Assembly (NCBI GenBank): GCA_028023455.1 | Contig: JAQFVV010000003.1 | Coordinates: forward strand, 8,432,001 to 8,496,000 | DNA length: 64,000 nucleotides | Direction of reading: 5' to 3' | DNA from: Epiperipatus broadwayi | Lineage: Eukaryota > Animalia > Onychophora | Part shown: positions 1-13,615 of the stretch, one piece after another | Position numbering within the stretch: the first letter of the stretch is position 1 | How the letters are laid out: each line of letters opens with the position of its first letter | Translations under genes and position numbers: made by a program | Notes under the pieces: model-generated | Seen by the model: the letters and a program-made list of their open reading frames with translations, nothing else | Database searches by the model: none | What the model was told of the DNA's origin: nothing

Positions 1-366
1 TGTCTATTTCTATGCTAATGCACAGAAACATGACATTTAATCTGCCGCAGAAGCCATCGTATCAGCTTACAGTTCAGATTTGTGTTATGCATTTTTGATG
101 TGTGATCACATTTCACTTTTGGGTACAGTATTGTGTGAGGGTGGCTGGAATTCTGACTGTCAAAACTATTTTAATATTCGTTAAGACCTTCTTTCCCTCT
201 ATCTCCCATGTTTTATGAATGTCTACTAACAATTACGAGCATAGTCTCATGCTTCCTTAGCCCAGCTTTCGTGCTCAAAAATTCAGCAAGTGTAGGTGCA
301 AGCACAATTTCTATCAAATCACACTCTAAGTCACATTTTTGTGAGAACAACTGCGATCTTTATAAA

Positions 367-843
367 ATGGCTGAATTAAAGTTTCCGAAAGTCAAAGTTT
401 GGAATTTGCATTGCTCCGAAACTGATGCCATCACATTTTTAGAGCATTATGGAGTAGTGGCATGTGTGAAGAAGTGTTCATGTGGAGAAGAAATGAAATT
501 ACATCAGTGTGGAAGCTTACCAGTTCAAATGCAAGGCTGGTTCATGCGGCGTCGGTGTTCGATTCGCCAAGGGACATGGCTAGAGGGATCACACCTTGAT
601 TTCATGAAGATAATACATCTCCGGTACTATTGGAGCCATGAGGAGCTGACAGTGTCAAGGGCTGTTGCCGACTTGAACCTGTCTCCAGGTTCCCTTGTGC
701 ACTGGACCAACAGACTCCGCGAGCTTTGTCACGAGAGTTTAATGTTTCGGCCATGCCATCAAATTGGCAATCCAGGCTCGATTGTTGAGGTTGACAAGAT
801 CTTGTTTAGCTGCCGAAAGATTAATGTAAATATTTGTTTGTAA
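367..843 (+). pseudogene. Merlin/ISXO2-like (IS1595-related) transposase N-terminal fragment, truncated just after the first catalytic Asp
   Basis: The ORF 208..843 translation has a CxC zinc-binding region, RRRCSIRQGTWLEGSHL, YYW and IGNPGSIVEVD (compare the Merlin IGGPGxxVEIDES motif). It runs into AT-rich DNA at ~823. Likely ATG at 367. Confidence 0.75.
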
Positions 844-3097
844 TCTAAAAAGTTATTCAACCTTCGAGTTGCATTCCGTTAATTCGCATGTTAAGAATTC
901 AAATCACCCAAAAAGTTGTTTTTGTTGTAAATGTATTGATTTCATCAAATAACTGTTAAATGTAAATATTTATTTGTAATTTTAAAAAAATAGTTGATTT
1001 CGTAGAATACCAAACCAAAAATAAGTAATGAAAAGAATAAAAAGTAAGTACTTTTTAAATTCATTTTGATTTATGTATTTTTTTATAGATTTATTTGATA
1101 TTATTTTTAGTGTGATAACAAATAAAAAAAACTCAAAAAGAATACCACTAATGAAATTAATAAATGCAAAAAAAAAAAATGATGAAAGTGTTCCAGCAAG
1201 TTTACAATCAAAGCGAGTTAAAGTAGTAAGAATATACGATTCTATTTAAAATTTTATTATTTATATAGAAGATGACAAAGGACATCCAAATTCACAATGT
1301 GTTATTTGCTATGAAATTCTTGTAAATGAGAGCATGCATCCAAACAAATTACTCTAACACTTTGAAATAAAACTTTCACACTTAAAAAAAAAAGCCACTT
1401 CAATTTTCTTGAAAATAAACTGAAAGTAAATATTTCAAAAAAGTTATGAATGCTACTTAACAGTTTGAGAATTTCAAAAACTGTAAGATTCACACAATTG
1501 GTGAGTCATTAGTTGTTCCAGCAATAAGCGGTGCAGTTGAAGTTATGTTTGAAAAAAATACATGAAAGAAAACTGAATTCCATTTTCCAATAATACCCTT
1601 GCACGAAGAATTGATGAAATGTCTGAATGGACAGAAGATCAGCTTATCAGCAGAATTAAAAAAAGTATTTTTTTTCTCTACAATTGGATGAATCAACAGT
1701 TGTCCAAAGTTTATCCCATTTTTTTTTTTTTCATTTTATATGGAACAATGGGCTGCTTGAAGATTTATTATTTTGTGAATCAATTATTTGAGATACTAGT
1801 GAAGAAATTTTTGGAACTCTCAATACATATGTAAAATCAAAGGAGATAATCTGGGTAACTTGTGTTGATATAAGTATGGCCAATGCATGGGCCATGTGTG
1901 GAAAAAATAATGGTATTGTAATGTATTCTTAAATTAAGTCCAAATGCATCATAGATTCACTGCAATTTTCATAGAGAAACATTAGTATCTAAGAACCATA
2001 TCAGAAGATTTAAAAAATATTTTAAATACTGCTATGAAAATTGTAAATTTCATGAAGAGTATGTCACTGCAAACATGCTTACTAGAAAAATTATGTGAAG
2101 AAATGGTAAATTTCCACAAATCACATTTTTGCATACTGAAGAATGTTGGCTGTGGAAGGGTAAACTATTTACAAAACTTGTTGAACTTCACAAAAAAGTT
2201 ACAATATTTTTGAATTATCAAAACAATAATGCAAAATCTCTGCATAATGAAAACTATATCCTGAAGCTAACCTATTAAGCAGATATATTTTCAAAATTAA
2301 ACAAATTTAATTTATATCTTCAAGGAATGGAAGAAGATGATATATTCACAGTAAATGATAAAATTTAAGATTTTGTTAAAAAATTTTACTTATGGGATAA
2401 AAATATTAAAGACTGGAAGTATGATTGTTTTGAAACATTGAACACTTTTATTACAGAAATCAACACCACATCTAGATTCCTTGAAAGAAAATTTGATTAT
2501 TACTTCAGTAGAGAAATGAAAAAATATGAAAAAACACCGAATTGTAAATCTATTTCAGAGTGTTATTTCGCTACTAGTATATCAATGAAGACAGATGAAG
2601 AACTACTTAATTTGTTCAAAGACAATTCAAAATAATCTTTAATCATAAAAAATTAGTATAATTTTGGCTGTCAGTTGAAAATACCTATCGCATTCTTTCT
2701 TCAGTTGCTTTAAAAATATAGCTTCCCTTTATTGCTTTCTATATGTGTGAAGTTAGATTTCTGGAAATGATGAAAATTAAAAAAAAAACAAAACAAATTT
2801 TGAAATAAACCAATTATCCAACACTTTGCTCAGAAATTAACAAATATTGAGAGGTAAATATAGGAAACAAACATATTCTTCACATATGCCTCATTATGTA
2901 CTTAATTTAATAAATGTAAATATAATTTTAAGTGTAAATATAGAAATCAAACTCATCCTTCATATAAATGTTTATATATCTCATTGTGTATCTAGTAATT
3001 AAGAAGTATATATATATATCAATTTTAGTGTTCAATAAAAAAATTTAACACAATTTTTTTTATTCACCTCTCTTCTTCCTCTTTAAAATATGTATTA

Positions 3098-3726
3098 AAC
3101 CACTAAACATCACATGATCATTATTCTTTATATTTATACAAGCTGTTAACACAGAGGCAAAACTCTCCATACAATAGCGTCACTCAGTGCAAGCCAGAGT
3201 AGAAATCAATGGATGCAAGAAGATTTGTGCACAAAATCTCCATGAGTGTCACTACTGTATAGATTTGCCTCTATGTTAACAGCTTGCATACGCATAAAGA
3301 ATGGTGATCATGTGATTTTTGTGGTTTAACCAATCCTGTCCAATAGGATTATAGCCACTGGGCTTATCAAAGAAACTAACACACCAAATTTTATTAATAC
3401 TGAACTGAATTCAGATCTATGTGACTATACAAGCAAATGAATATGACTTGAAAACATTATTGTGTTTTCATTTTAAATTCTAAGCCATATTATTAACTAA
3501 AAGGATAAAATATGGCTGTTGGAGAGTTGCATTAGATCCTAAGATCTAAATGCAGTGCTCTCAAATCCAAGACTCCTCACTGATGAAAGTCACAAGCTAG
3601 AAACTAGTCTGGGGATATTGGATGAGTGGGCACTAAATAGAGATTTTATGCACAAACTTTCTTGCATTCACTGATTAATCTTGATTGTATTGAGTGATGC
3701 TATTGTATGGAAAGTTTTGCCTCTGT
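3098..3726 (+). mobile_element. Retrozyme/PLE-type insertion (family C): one ~450 bp HHR monomer plus an inverted 5' fragment, 13-bp TSD
   Basis: AAAATATGTATTA at 3085-3097 and 3727-3739. 3244-3273 is repeated at 3692-3726. 3098-3240 is an inverted copy. HHR at 3574-3615. Confidence 0.75.
3574..3615 (+). ncRNA. Minimal type-I hammerhead ribozyme, slightly degenerate stem II
   Basis: TCCTCA-CTGATGA-A.AGT.CACAA.GCT.A-GAAA-CTAG-TC-TGGGGA. Core intact, 6-bp stem I (one G.U), palindromic stem III ACTAGT, GUC triplet. A.A mismatch at 10.1/11.1. Confidence 0.75.
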
Positions 3727-6700
3727 AAAATATGTATTACAAGTGAGTGGAACCTGAAAAATTAACATTTTTGAAAGTGGGTCTCGATCTGCAAAAGTTT
3801 GGAAAACCCTGTACTAGAGTATTCATGGTAAAACTAATGAACTGTTTAAAGTTTCAAAATCAATATTCTGAAAGCTAATATTTTAAAAACTGAAAAAATA
3901 GAAATCTCTAAGAACCAATAGGTAGTGAAGAAGCCAATAAGCATTATGAATAACTGAAACCAAATAAAACCCCAGTCTCATAAATAATAGATCAACACAT
4001 TCTATTGTCTCCCAAAATAATTCATCATGAGTTTCACAAATAGGATATTTATGATTAAGTTGTCATATACTATAAATTTCTGATAATCTAATTGTACTTT
4101 TCAAAGAGTGTATATTGTTATTATAAAAGTAAATTTTTACACTGTATTAATTTTGATGTATTTTTTTATTGTCATTATTGTTGCTGTTGCTATTGTTCTC
4201 TCCAATATATTTTTTTTTCAAAATTTAATATCATGCTCTTAGTTCAGAATGCTTGAGTCTGGTTTATTTATATATAAATTTAAGTAGAGAAGAAGGTAGT
4301 TCCATCTTTTTCTCGTATGTCTGGCTTGTGTTTTTGAATTGAGAGTTCCATGTGCAGTCATTGGCTGTCACATAAGCATTTTTAAGGCGCTTCTGTTAAA
4401 GGTTTTAGCCTCTCATGTTATTAAAATTTAATATCATTATATTGTTTGAATGGGCTGTCAAATTTAAAATAAAAAGAATAGACTCTGAAAAAAATGGATA
4501 GGAGGGAAAAGCAATAATAATAAAGGGTAAAATTAATATTATAAAAGCAACACAATAGTTAAAAAAGAAAATCCAATTTAAAAATCTACAAACTAAATAA
4601 AAATAACATAAATATAAAATATAATCATTCTTGTACATTTTTACTTAAACAATAAAAAGAGCAAATAATCTTTAGGAAGAAAAGTCAAATATATTATGAA
4701 AGTAGCTGATTAACTTGTAGATATGAAGATTGTACTGATACTATTCAAGAGATTAACAGACAGTAAGCATCAAAGTGTTAGTCTGTACACAAAATCCATT
4801 CAAATGACAGATTTTTTTTTTCTTCCTTAGTCTCACACAAAAAGAAGTGATTATAAAATAGTTTTAAAAAAAGATTAGACCACTGATAATATACATTTTT
4901 TGATAAATCCTATTCTAACTGTTGTAATTCAGTCTCTTAAAATCTCAAACCCTATTTATTAAATTAATGAAGCAGACATGCACTTATCATGAGACTTTCC
5001 CGTTGGTAAACATTTATAAGTAGAAAAATCCCTCAGATAAAAATCTTATATGAGTTAGTCACTTTATACTATATGTGAATAAGGAATAAATTAACTGAAG
5101 ATCCATTATATGCCCTCTGAGGTAGAAATGAAGAAACATTGGAACACTTTCTTATAGATTATACTTCAATTCTTCCCTATCATATTATTATCATCAACAT
5201 GACTCATTCAAACTCACTAACAATCAACAATCTCATAAAAAATATACAAAGTGGTCCTTTTCCCAATATAAGAATTACTACATTCATTCTTTTTATACTG
5301 TGGTTTGTAAGACGCTATCTACGCTTTAATCCTAATACTAAATCACTCTTTGTAAAAAAATTAAATGACATTAAGACCAGAGATCAAACCCATGCACCAA
5401 CTGCTACTTTTGTAGCTACATTGAATCTGATCTCATTAACAACAACCCAGTGACTTGAATATTGACTATACGACTTAATATACATTAGATATATATTGAT
5501 TATTGCTAAATTAATTAATTATTAAATAATTAATTATTAATTATTATTAATTATAGTTTTCTTACTTGAAATTTCTTTTGTTTGAATAAGACTTTTAAAT
5601 AGTCTCCAAAGTATATAGTAAACCTAATAAAGTTAATTTAAAACTAAATTAACTGAAGAATCAATTATTTTAATCTAGGGTCTATAGAGAGTTCTGAGAA
5701 AATAATAAGGTGTTTAAGATTATTTATTAATGGAACAAGAAACATCTTTTCTATATACACATAAAATGAAAACATTTATAAATATAATAAAAAAATTACT
5801 AAACACACACCATTTATGACAGTTCAGAGCATTAGAGGCTATACAACTGAAAAATCACCAATCAGGCAGACATTCTGCCTATCAATATATTGATTAAGTA
5901 AATACTGGGGGGAAAAAAGCCTTTCGGTTTGACCCATAGCTGTAAAAATCACATTTTAAAATAATAAAGAATTTATCTGATTGGATTGATTCCAGAGGAG
6001 AAAAAAATTCTGAAAAATTAAAAAAAAACAACAAAGAAATAAAAGTGGAAAAATAATCAATTCTTTTTTTAAAATAGAATATTACTCCTATGACACACAG
6101 CCCCGCTCTCCCAATCATTTAATCCTTTAATATTCTCTTATAAGAATGAAAGTGTATGTTAATCAAATAATTAATAAGTAAGTAACAAATGCATAGCTTG
6201 TTTAAATTAAATGTGAAGTGATGCCAACTAAAAAAAAATAATGAATGAAGAATCTTTTGGCAAAAGTGCACTATATTAAGCAATAAAAAACATTTGATCA
6301 ACCTCTCTTTATAAACAATTTTGCATATATATAACATAATATTTGCATTAGGAACATTAAATTCTGCAAAAATAGTATTATGATTCATGTTTCAAATATT
6401 ATATAACAGATAAAAATGTCATTACATGAATAATATTTCTGTAATATATGCAATTCTATAATTTCATAAGGAATGTTTTTCTTCATATTGCCTACAAAAT
6501 TAGTTTTAATGAAAAAAAGATCTATTTTTAATATATTTAGTAAGAGAGCAGCCTAAATGACTATTATTGAAAAAGGTGAAGAATCTAATCAACAGGGCCA
6601 TATAGTTTGAAAATATTAAAGACACTTTTGAAATTTATTTGGACTGCAGTAATATCCATTACTCCTGTTTCTTGTGTATGTTTTGATACTTCCTTTAATT

Positions 6701-9304
6701 CAAATTTCTAACTATAATATTAAACATATAATCATAATTTTAAATCTATATGCATCTAAGTTTCTTTATAACATTTTTTTTTTTTTTGCTTACATAGAGT
6801 GCTTGTGATAATCAGCCCATATGTAGTCCAAAATTTTATAATAGGGCATTTGAGTTCAACCCCAATATTGATATTACAATTATGTTTAAGATCTAAATGA
6901 AATTTTTACCATTATAATTTCCTGTATAACTATTGAGATAGGTGTAGTGAACAAATATATATATATATAAATATTAAAATACCAGAAAACCTATATTTAA
7001 AAAATGACAAGCAAACTCCCATTGATGTTGATCAAATATTATTACCTGATCATAGTATACCTTAATACCCCTTCAGAAAATGGACATACACATAATTCTA
7101 ATAATAATCTACACCTTATATCGATAAAAAGAAAATAATTATTTAAAAAAATATTATTTAATGCTAATTTCACTTATTTATTTTTAACTTTTACTCATAT
7201 ATATTATAAAGGATGCTTGAAACTGCACAGATATCCAAAGAAAGGAGAAAATATGGTCAATATTTTACATATTAACTATACTAATAGTCAGACTGAGATT
7301 GTCAAAAAATACACACACTGTGTCCACATTTCGAGATCATTATACTTGTTCTATAACTTCTAGATGCAAAATACTTCTCCTGGGAATACTTTTTATTTAT
7401 ATTGAGGATAAAACTCTTAAGCACCATTCAGAATTAACTGAGATATTCCAAAAGACAATTTTAAATGCTCCCAGTGCTTGACTCCACAACTAGCTCAAAT
7501 AAACAAGAAACTTCCCTAACTTAGGCTATCAGATAATGCATAGTTAAGACACAATATAACTGAGAAATTTTGTCTTAACTAAATATTATATGATGAGATA
7601 CTCAGAGAGAGAATTTAGGCCAAATTAACAATTAAAACAGCATTTTTTTTTTTTTACAAATAACACCATAACAATAACGAGAATAGATAAAATTAAATTA
7701 ATTACAAATTTATTCAATATAGTTAAGTCCAATTTAAATTAAGTAGTAGGAGCTTAATTATTTCTAATTTTAAAAAAGTTTATAAAGAGCAAATCTTACC
7801 CCTGTATTTCATTTAAGTCTAATCTTTGAATTTTATATTAATCTAGGTTTTGCTATAGTTTTTCTGGGGTGATTACCTCTGTTTTTTTGACAGTTTCTAG
7901 AGTTGTTATGGTATTATTGAATAGTTTCTTTAGCATCTTGCAGCTTCTTTCCAGGAAGCATATATCCTCATGGCCTTCTTCAGCAGTAATCTTTGATAAT
8001 GATGGGCAGATGTCTCAACAATGGCATCTTTTTTCATATCTCAGGCTATCAAATGTATAGGAACTGGGTGATGAAAAACTGAATGAACACCCCTGTTGTT
8101 GTCTACTAACATCGCATAGTGAAGTGCATCACATAAATGGTTATACATCATTAGAAAACAAAACTATATGTTCACAATAAAAGACACTGCACAAGAAAGT
8201 TTAACAACAGCAAGATAGCCTGAATAACTTCGAAGTTGAATAATTTCAATTTGAACTTCAATAATAATAATGATGAGCTAATAAAAACTGTGTCTGAATT
8301 GTTATTAATCAGTTTTAATCTTCTTTTCTAATTCTAGCATTAATTATCTAATCAATTGACTGGCTTACTGTTTCTGGATTAAATAATTTACAAAATTATT
8401 TTAATATTTGATTAGATTTCAATTTTACAAAATTCAATAATTTTAGACACTAATTCTATATGATTATTTACATTTCAATTTTCTTGTTCCTTTTTTTTCT
8501 TTTTAAAATTAATGTTTTAGTTCTCATTATTTCACAAAGTAAATTTTATAATTTTTAAGTTGCCTTTACATATTTAGTTGTTTTATTTTCATTCCACCTC
8601 ATAACATTTTGGAATTTGTAAATTTATTTAAAGAAAAGATAAGCCATTCCAAGATTAATTAAAACACTTTTACCAGGAATGGAAGAATACCTCACATAGA
8701 TCAAGAAACTGATCATACCTTGGTATATCCCAAACCCTGCATAGACTGAGCCAAAGAAAAATAAGAGGCCAATATTAATCTTCATATGTTCAGATTAGGA
8801 GAATGAGTCATGATCTGGATGCCACATATGAGCAATCCGGTAAGTTTATATGTTGAAAGTTTTGCAATTTATATGATCCTTTTATCATCATATGCTGTTA
8901 GGGAAATAACACTTTTTGGGTAGATACTGGGCAAGAAATCAAAGGATCTTATAATGCCCAGTCATTAAAACCCACATCATAATGCAAAGATAAATCAAAA
9001 GGGGATAGTAATTTAAAAAGAAATATTTAGCAGTAAAAAAAATTGTTAGTTTTTTGCTTGCTTAAGTTTAAGCTATCAAAACATGCAGACTATGTTTGAA
9101 GCCTGCCAAACAGAGGAGGGGGTATTGTAACAGGAGCCAGGTTTGAAACCCATTAAAAGGGATTATAGATAGCCACATATATATATGTAGATGTGGGAAT
9201 AGGATATATATGTATTTGAATAAGGCAAAATAAATAAATAGTTAACCAAAATAGGCTTAAGGGGGGTTTTATGCTTATTTGTATTGATGAGATATCTGTG
9301 TATA

Positions 9305-12300
9305 TCATCATCATCATCAACCATTATCAATCCACTGCAGGATGAAGGTCTCTCCAAGTTTAATCCATCTACTCCGATCTTTAGCTTCTCTTCTCCACAA
9401 CACCCCTGCACATTTTCTTATTTCATCCATCCATCTCACATGTGGTCTCTTTCTGGGTCTTTTACAATCTCTTGGAATCCAGTTTAAAATTTCAATTGTC
9501 CATCTATTATCATCTCTTCTAGCAATATGTCCAGCCCAACTCCATTACAATCTTTTAATTTTTTCAATAAGGTCAGTAACACCTGTTTGTTGTCTTACCC
9601 ATACATTGCGTTTTCGATCTCTTCTTGTTACTCCCAACATACATCTCTCCATACTCCTTTGAGTGATCTGAAGTCTCTGTATTGCTCTTCTATTAAGTGT
9701 CCAAGTCTCAGATCCATAAGTAAGAACTGGTAAAACACATTTGTTAAAAACCATCCTTTTCAAACACATAGGCATATTTCCTTTTAGTATCAAGTTATTT
9801 CTACCAAAAGCACTCCAACCAAGTTTAATTCTATGATTAATTTCCTCCATTATGTTTCCATCTGTATTAATAATCTGACCAAGATATTTGTAACTGTTAA
9901 CTTCTTCTAATTCTTCATAATCAATCTTTATTTTCATATTTTGAGCAAATCGATTAAACATTACTTTAGTCTTTTTAACATTTATCTTTAGTCCTACTTT
10001 TCTACTTTCATCTGCTAACTCCTGCAACATTTCCTGCAGCTCTGAAGCATTATTTGCAAAAACAACTACATCATCTGCGAAATCTAAATGACTTAAATAC
10101 TCTCCATTTACTTTCACTCCTTTAGTTTCCCATTTTAATCCACAAAATACTTCTTGCAGCACTGCTGTAAAGAGTTTTGGAGATATGGAGTCACCTTGTC
10201 TTACACCTTTCTCAATGTTGATTTTTCCAATATCATTATGTAATCTAATTGTTGCTGTTGCATTTTTATAAATATTCTTTAAAATATGACAATATCCTGG
10301 ATCTATACCTTGATGATCCAATGCTTTAATCTCTGAAGAAATGTGTATAGAATCGAATGCCTTTTCATAATCTACAAATCCAAAACATAATGACAACTCA
10401 TATTCATTTGTCCTTTCTATGACCTCTCTCAATACCTGGATATGATCTATTGTACTAAAACCACTTTCAAATCCAGCTTGTTCTCTTGGTTGGTGGAAAT
10501 CCAAAGTTCTCTGTAGAGGAGTTGTAATTATCTTGGTAAAAATTTTATATAAAACTGATAAAAGGCTCATAGGTCTGTAATTTCTAATATCTTCTTTATC
10601 ACCTTTTTTAAATATTAATATTATTACTGCATTCTTCCAATCTTCCGGTACATCTTTATCATTTAGACATTTGGTATACAACTTTGCTAAAATTGTTTCT
10701 ATTTCTTCACCTCCTTCTTTTAATATATCAATTATAATTCCATCATTTCCTGGAGCCTTTCCTTTCTTCATACCCTTAATTGCATGTCTCACTTCTTCAT
10801 TTAAAATTCTGGGCAATTCGGAAGATGTAATAGATATAGGAGGTACTTGTTCTTTATTACTATATAATTCTTGATAAAAATCTTCTACCAATTTCATGAT
10901 GTCATCTCCCTTTTTAGTAATAATTCCATCTTTTTTTCTTACTGCAGATATAAATTTCCTACCAATATCAAAATGTTGTTTAACATTTTTGAGACTTTTA
11001 TTTTCTTCTACAGCTTTCCTTGCTATTTCACAGTTATACTTTCTTATATCATTTTCAACTCTTTTCCGTACCATTTTACAAAATTCGAGATATTCAATTC
11101 TTTTTAATACATCATTTTTGTATATCTTCATATTCCTTCTTTTCTTCATAAATTCTCTAGTCTCAGTAGAAATTTTATTAGTCAATTGCTGCTTTTTTCT
11201 ACCAGCTATGTTTGTTGCAGTTTTTAAAAGTGTATCAGTTATTTTCATATTAATTTCATTCAAATCTGTATCATGTTCAAAATCTCCTAACACTTGAAAC
11301 CTATTTATAAGTTCTAATTTAAATTCATTAGAATGTTTCTGAAGATTAGGAATATCAACTGTAAATATTGTTTTTCTTAATAATTTTTGTCTTTCTAGTT
11401 TTACATTAACACGTAACTTACACCTTACTAATCGATGATCACTTCTGTGTTAAATTTATTAAGAACATTACAATCTTGAAATATGTATTTTCTGTTAGTC
11501 AAAATATAATCCAATGCTGCTGTACCTTCATTTGGATGCTTCCATGTCCATTTCCTTTTAACATTTTCCTCAAAAAATGAATTCATAATATAAAGTTTTT
11601 CTTTTTCTGCAAACTCCACAAGTCTATGTCCTCTCTCATTTCTATTACCATAACCAAAATTACCTACAGTAATTTCATCTTTCATTTGTCTACCAATTCT
11701 AGCATTAAAGTCTCCCATAACAATTTTAAAATGTTGTTACTCTGATCAAAAGCCTTTTGTACATCCATATAAAAATCTTCTACTACTTCATCACTATGAG
11801 AACTTGTTGGGGCATAAACCTGAATTATCTGCATTTGGTATCTGCTATTAAGTTGTATAACTAATCTTGCCACTCTGTCCGATATATCATCAATCTCCAC
11901 AATATTGTTCTTCCACTTTTTATTTATAATGAATCCTACTCCACTTGTATTTCCAATATGTGTGCCTTTATAATAGAGTATATGTCCACTTTTTAAATCA
12001 ATTGTTTCTTCTCCTTTTCTTCTAACTTCACAAAGTCCAATAATGTCCCATTTAATATAAGACAGTTCTTCTTCTAATTCTTGCAATCTTCCTTCACTTG
12101 AAAGTGATCTGCAGTTGTAAGTACCTAAATAAAAAGTCGTCATCAAATGGCAGCCTGGATCCGCAATCAGGGGATTCTTAGCACCCTCCGCCTTCGGCCA
12201 CCAACCGCTGCCTTAGTTGGTGACTTTACAGCCTCCTGGGAATAAGGGCCATGCTTTATTTTTGTCTGTCATAATTGTATATATGTAGTGGAAAAATATT

Positions 12301-12570
12301 TATCATTTACACAAACATTCATTCTGCCTTATCAGGCACTGAGAAGAAAGACCATGGTGTTTCTTGATCTTAAACTCAGAGGTAAAAAGCCAATAAACTC
12401 ACCACGCTGGCTAATGCGTGTTGGTGAGCAGCCCATCCATGTTCGTATACTATATGAATAATCACATAGTAATAACAGCTGCAACGACAAGAACGTATGG
12501 AGTGGACATTAGGAATTTGCCCTGCTCGGTTCCTTTAAGGCCTCTAAGAGGAATCAAAGGGTCTCCTTTC
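9305..12570 (-). mobile_element. Near-full-length RTE-clade non-LTR retrotransposon (LINE)
   Basis: APE endonuclease plus RT in a single ORF with no RNase H. (TGA)5 tail at 9305-9319 starts at the stop codon. GC-richer 5' UTR to ~12570 (boundary approximate). No TSD recognised. Confidence 0.92.
9317..12146 (-). pseudogene. RTE endonuclease/reverse transcriptase ORF with two frameshifts (~11720, ~11445) and one nonsense codon (9545)
   Basis: TYNCR, IIGLCEVR, QVYAPT, GDFNA, LDYIL and SDH (APE); QAGF, FVDYEKAFDS, GVRQGD, FADD and YKYLG (RT). The frame continues WSWAGHIAR...LQWIDNG past the 9545 stop. Confidence 0.93.
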
Positions 12571-13387
12571 AGTTAATAGCAAACTCTTTTATATATAATC
12601 AAAAGTAAAAAGAACTTTCTTGAAAATGTATAATTTATATGTACATTTTTTTTTTTTTTTGTAATTAAAAAGAAAATATGCCATTGCTAAAAATGCAACA
12701 AATGTTTATCTATGAAATACTATTTGCATTAGTTATTGTATAGATTTATTTATTTTTTAAAAAAAAAAATGTTTCTAACAAACTGCTAAGATATAAACTT
12801 GTTAAAAGGTTTTTCTTTTGTAAAAAGAAATAAGAAGACAAAAGAAGCTAGATCTGAAACAATGGTATGTTGAACTAAGTAGATCACATGGGATAAGAAT
12901 AAAAATATCGAACATTGGAGGATTGGTAGGAAAGATTGCATCAGATGAGTAAAAATAGAACTTTCTAGAAAAAAAAGAAGAGTATAAATAGGAAAAAATC
13001 TAGAGATGAAGGTTATTCTGATTAATTTCTTATTATTAACTGATGTTTAGTATTTTCTATGGTGATTATTTGAATTGTGCTATTGGAATGAAATTATATT
13101 CTCACTAATATAATGATGATGTGAGGGTAAAGTCCTAAAGTGCTTGGCTTTATCCCAATGCCTATGGAGAAGTCTGCAAAATGATTGTGTCATCTATCAA
13201 ACTTGAAATCCACATCCAACCCACTCGTCTCGATAAATAATATAACTTTTATCATCTATGCTTTATTTAAAAGTGCAAGGTAAGAACATTTTCGGACAAT
13301 CAATTATAATTATAGCCTCACCGAATAATTTTACTTTCCATATACATATGAACAATTTCAATTCCCTGGGGACTAAAGATACCTGTA

Positions 13388-13615
13388 TGTTTTTCCTTTA
13401 ATTTATAATCATATGAGTTATAAGCAATTGATATACAGTTAATATTTTATTTCTATATTTTTAATTTATAGTAAAGCAAAAATAAGTAAAATATGCATGT
13501 TTTCCTTTAATTTATAATCACATGAGTTATAAGCAATTTATGTACAATTCATAGTTTATTTCTATATTTTTAATTTATGTAAATGATAGTAAAGCCAAAA
13601 TAACTAAAATACGTA
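13388..13615. repeat. Diverged ~110 bp tandem duplication
   Basis: ATGTTTT(T)CCTTTAATTTATAATCA...AAATAAGTAAAATATG occurs twice head to tail. Confidence 0.8.

Larger units (their letters stand above)
1180..3811 (+). mobile_element. Decayed hAT (Buster/Charlie, ZBED5/ZBED8-like) DNA transposon; 3' TIR retained, 5' end not seen
   Basis: Broken-frame peptides: QCVICYEILVNESMHPNKL (BED finger), SNNTLARRIDEMSE, LQLDES, HCxFHRE, LHTExxWL, YLADIFSKLN, PFxxxYMCEVRF. The end AAAAGTTTGGAAAACCCTG (to 3811) is followed by TACTAGAG, an 8-mer with the central TA typical of Buster targets. Confidence 0.85.

Noticed and set aside
3095-3329. Apparent MITE with ~60 bp TIRs and TTAA ends (piggyBac/Kolobok-like)
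   Set aside because: The right arm continues without a break into the HHR monomer, and a 13-bp TSD encloses 3098-3726, so the inverted repeat is part of the larger foldback insertion.
4264-4392. Possible terminal minus-strand exon KRLKNAYVTANDCTW...FIYK*
   Set aside because: The acceptor is weak and the peptide has no recognisable homology; it cannot be supported without RNA data.
7877-7990. Possible 114-nt minus-strand exon ITAEEGHEDICFLE...KKTE with donor GAG|GTAATC
   Set aside because: The acceptor is poor, the phase does not match the 22583 donor, and the ankyrin-like resemblance is too weak.
8794-8845. Plus-strand micro-exon candidate (TTCAG|...TCCG|GTAAGT)
   Set aside because: It is isolated, on the opposite strand to the supported exons, and such signals occur by chance.
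9284-11297. Plus-strand ORFs over the RTE, and minus-strand ORFs over the Gypsy element at 28849-31836
   Set aside because: These are antisense shadow frames of TE coding sequence.
12345-12382. GAAAC-ACCATGGT-C on the minus strand resembling an HHR 3' half
   Set aside because: There is no CTGANGA core, no stem II and no stem I.
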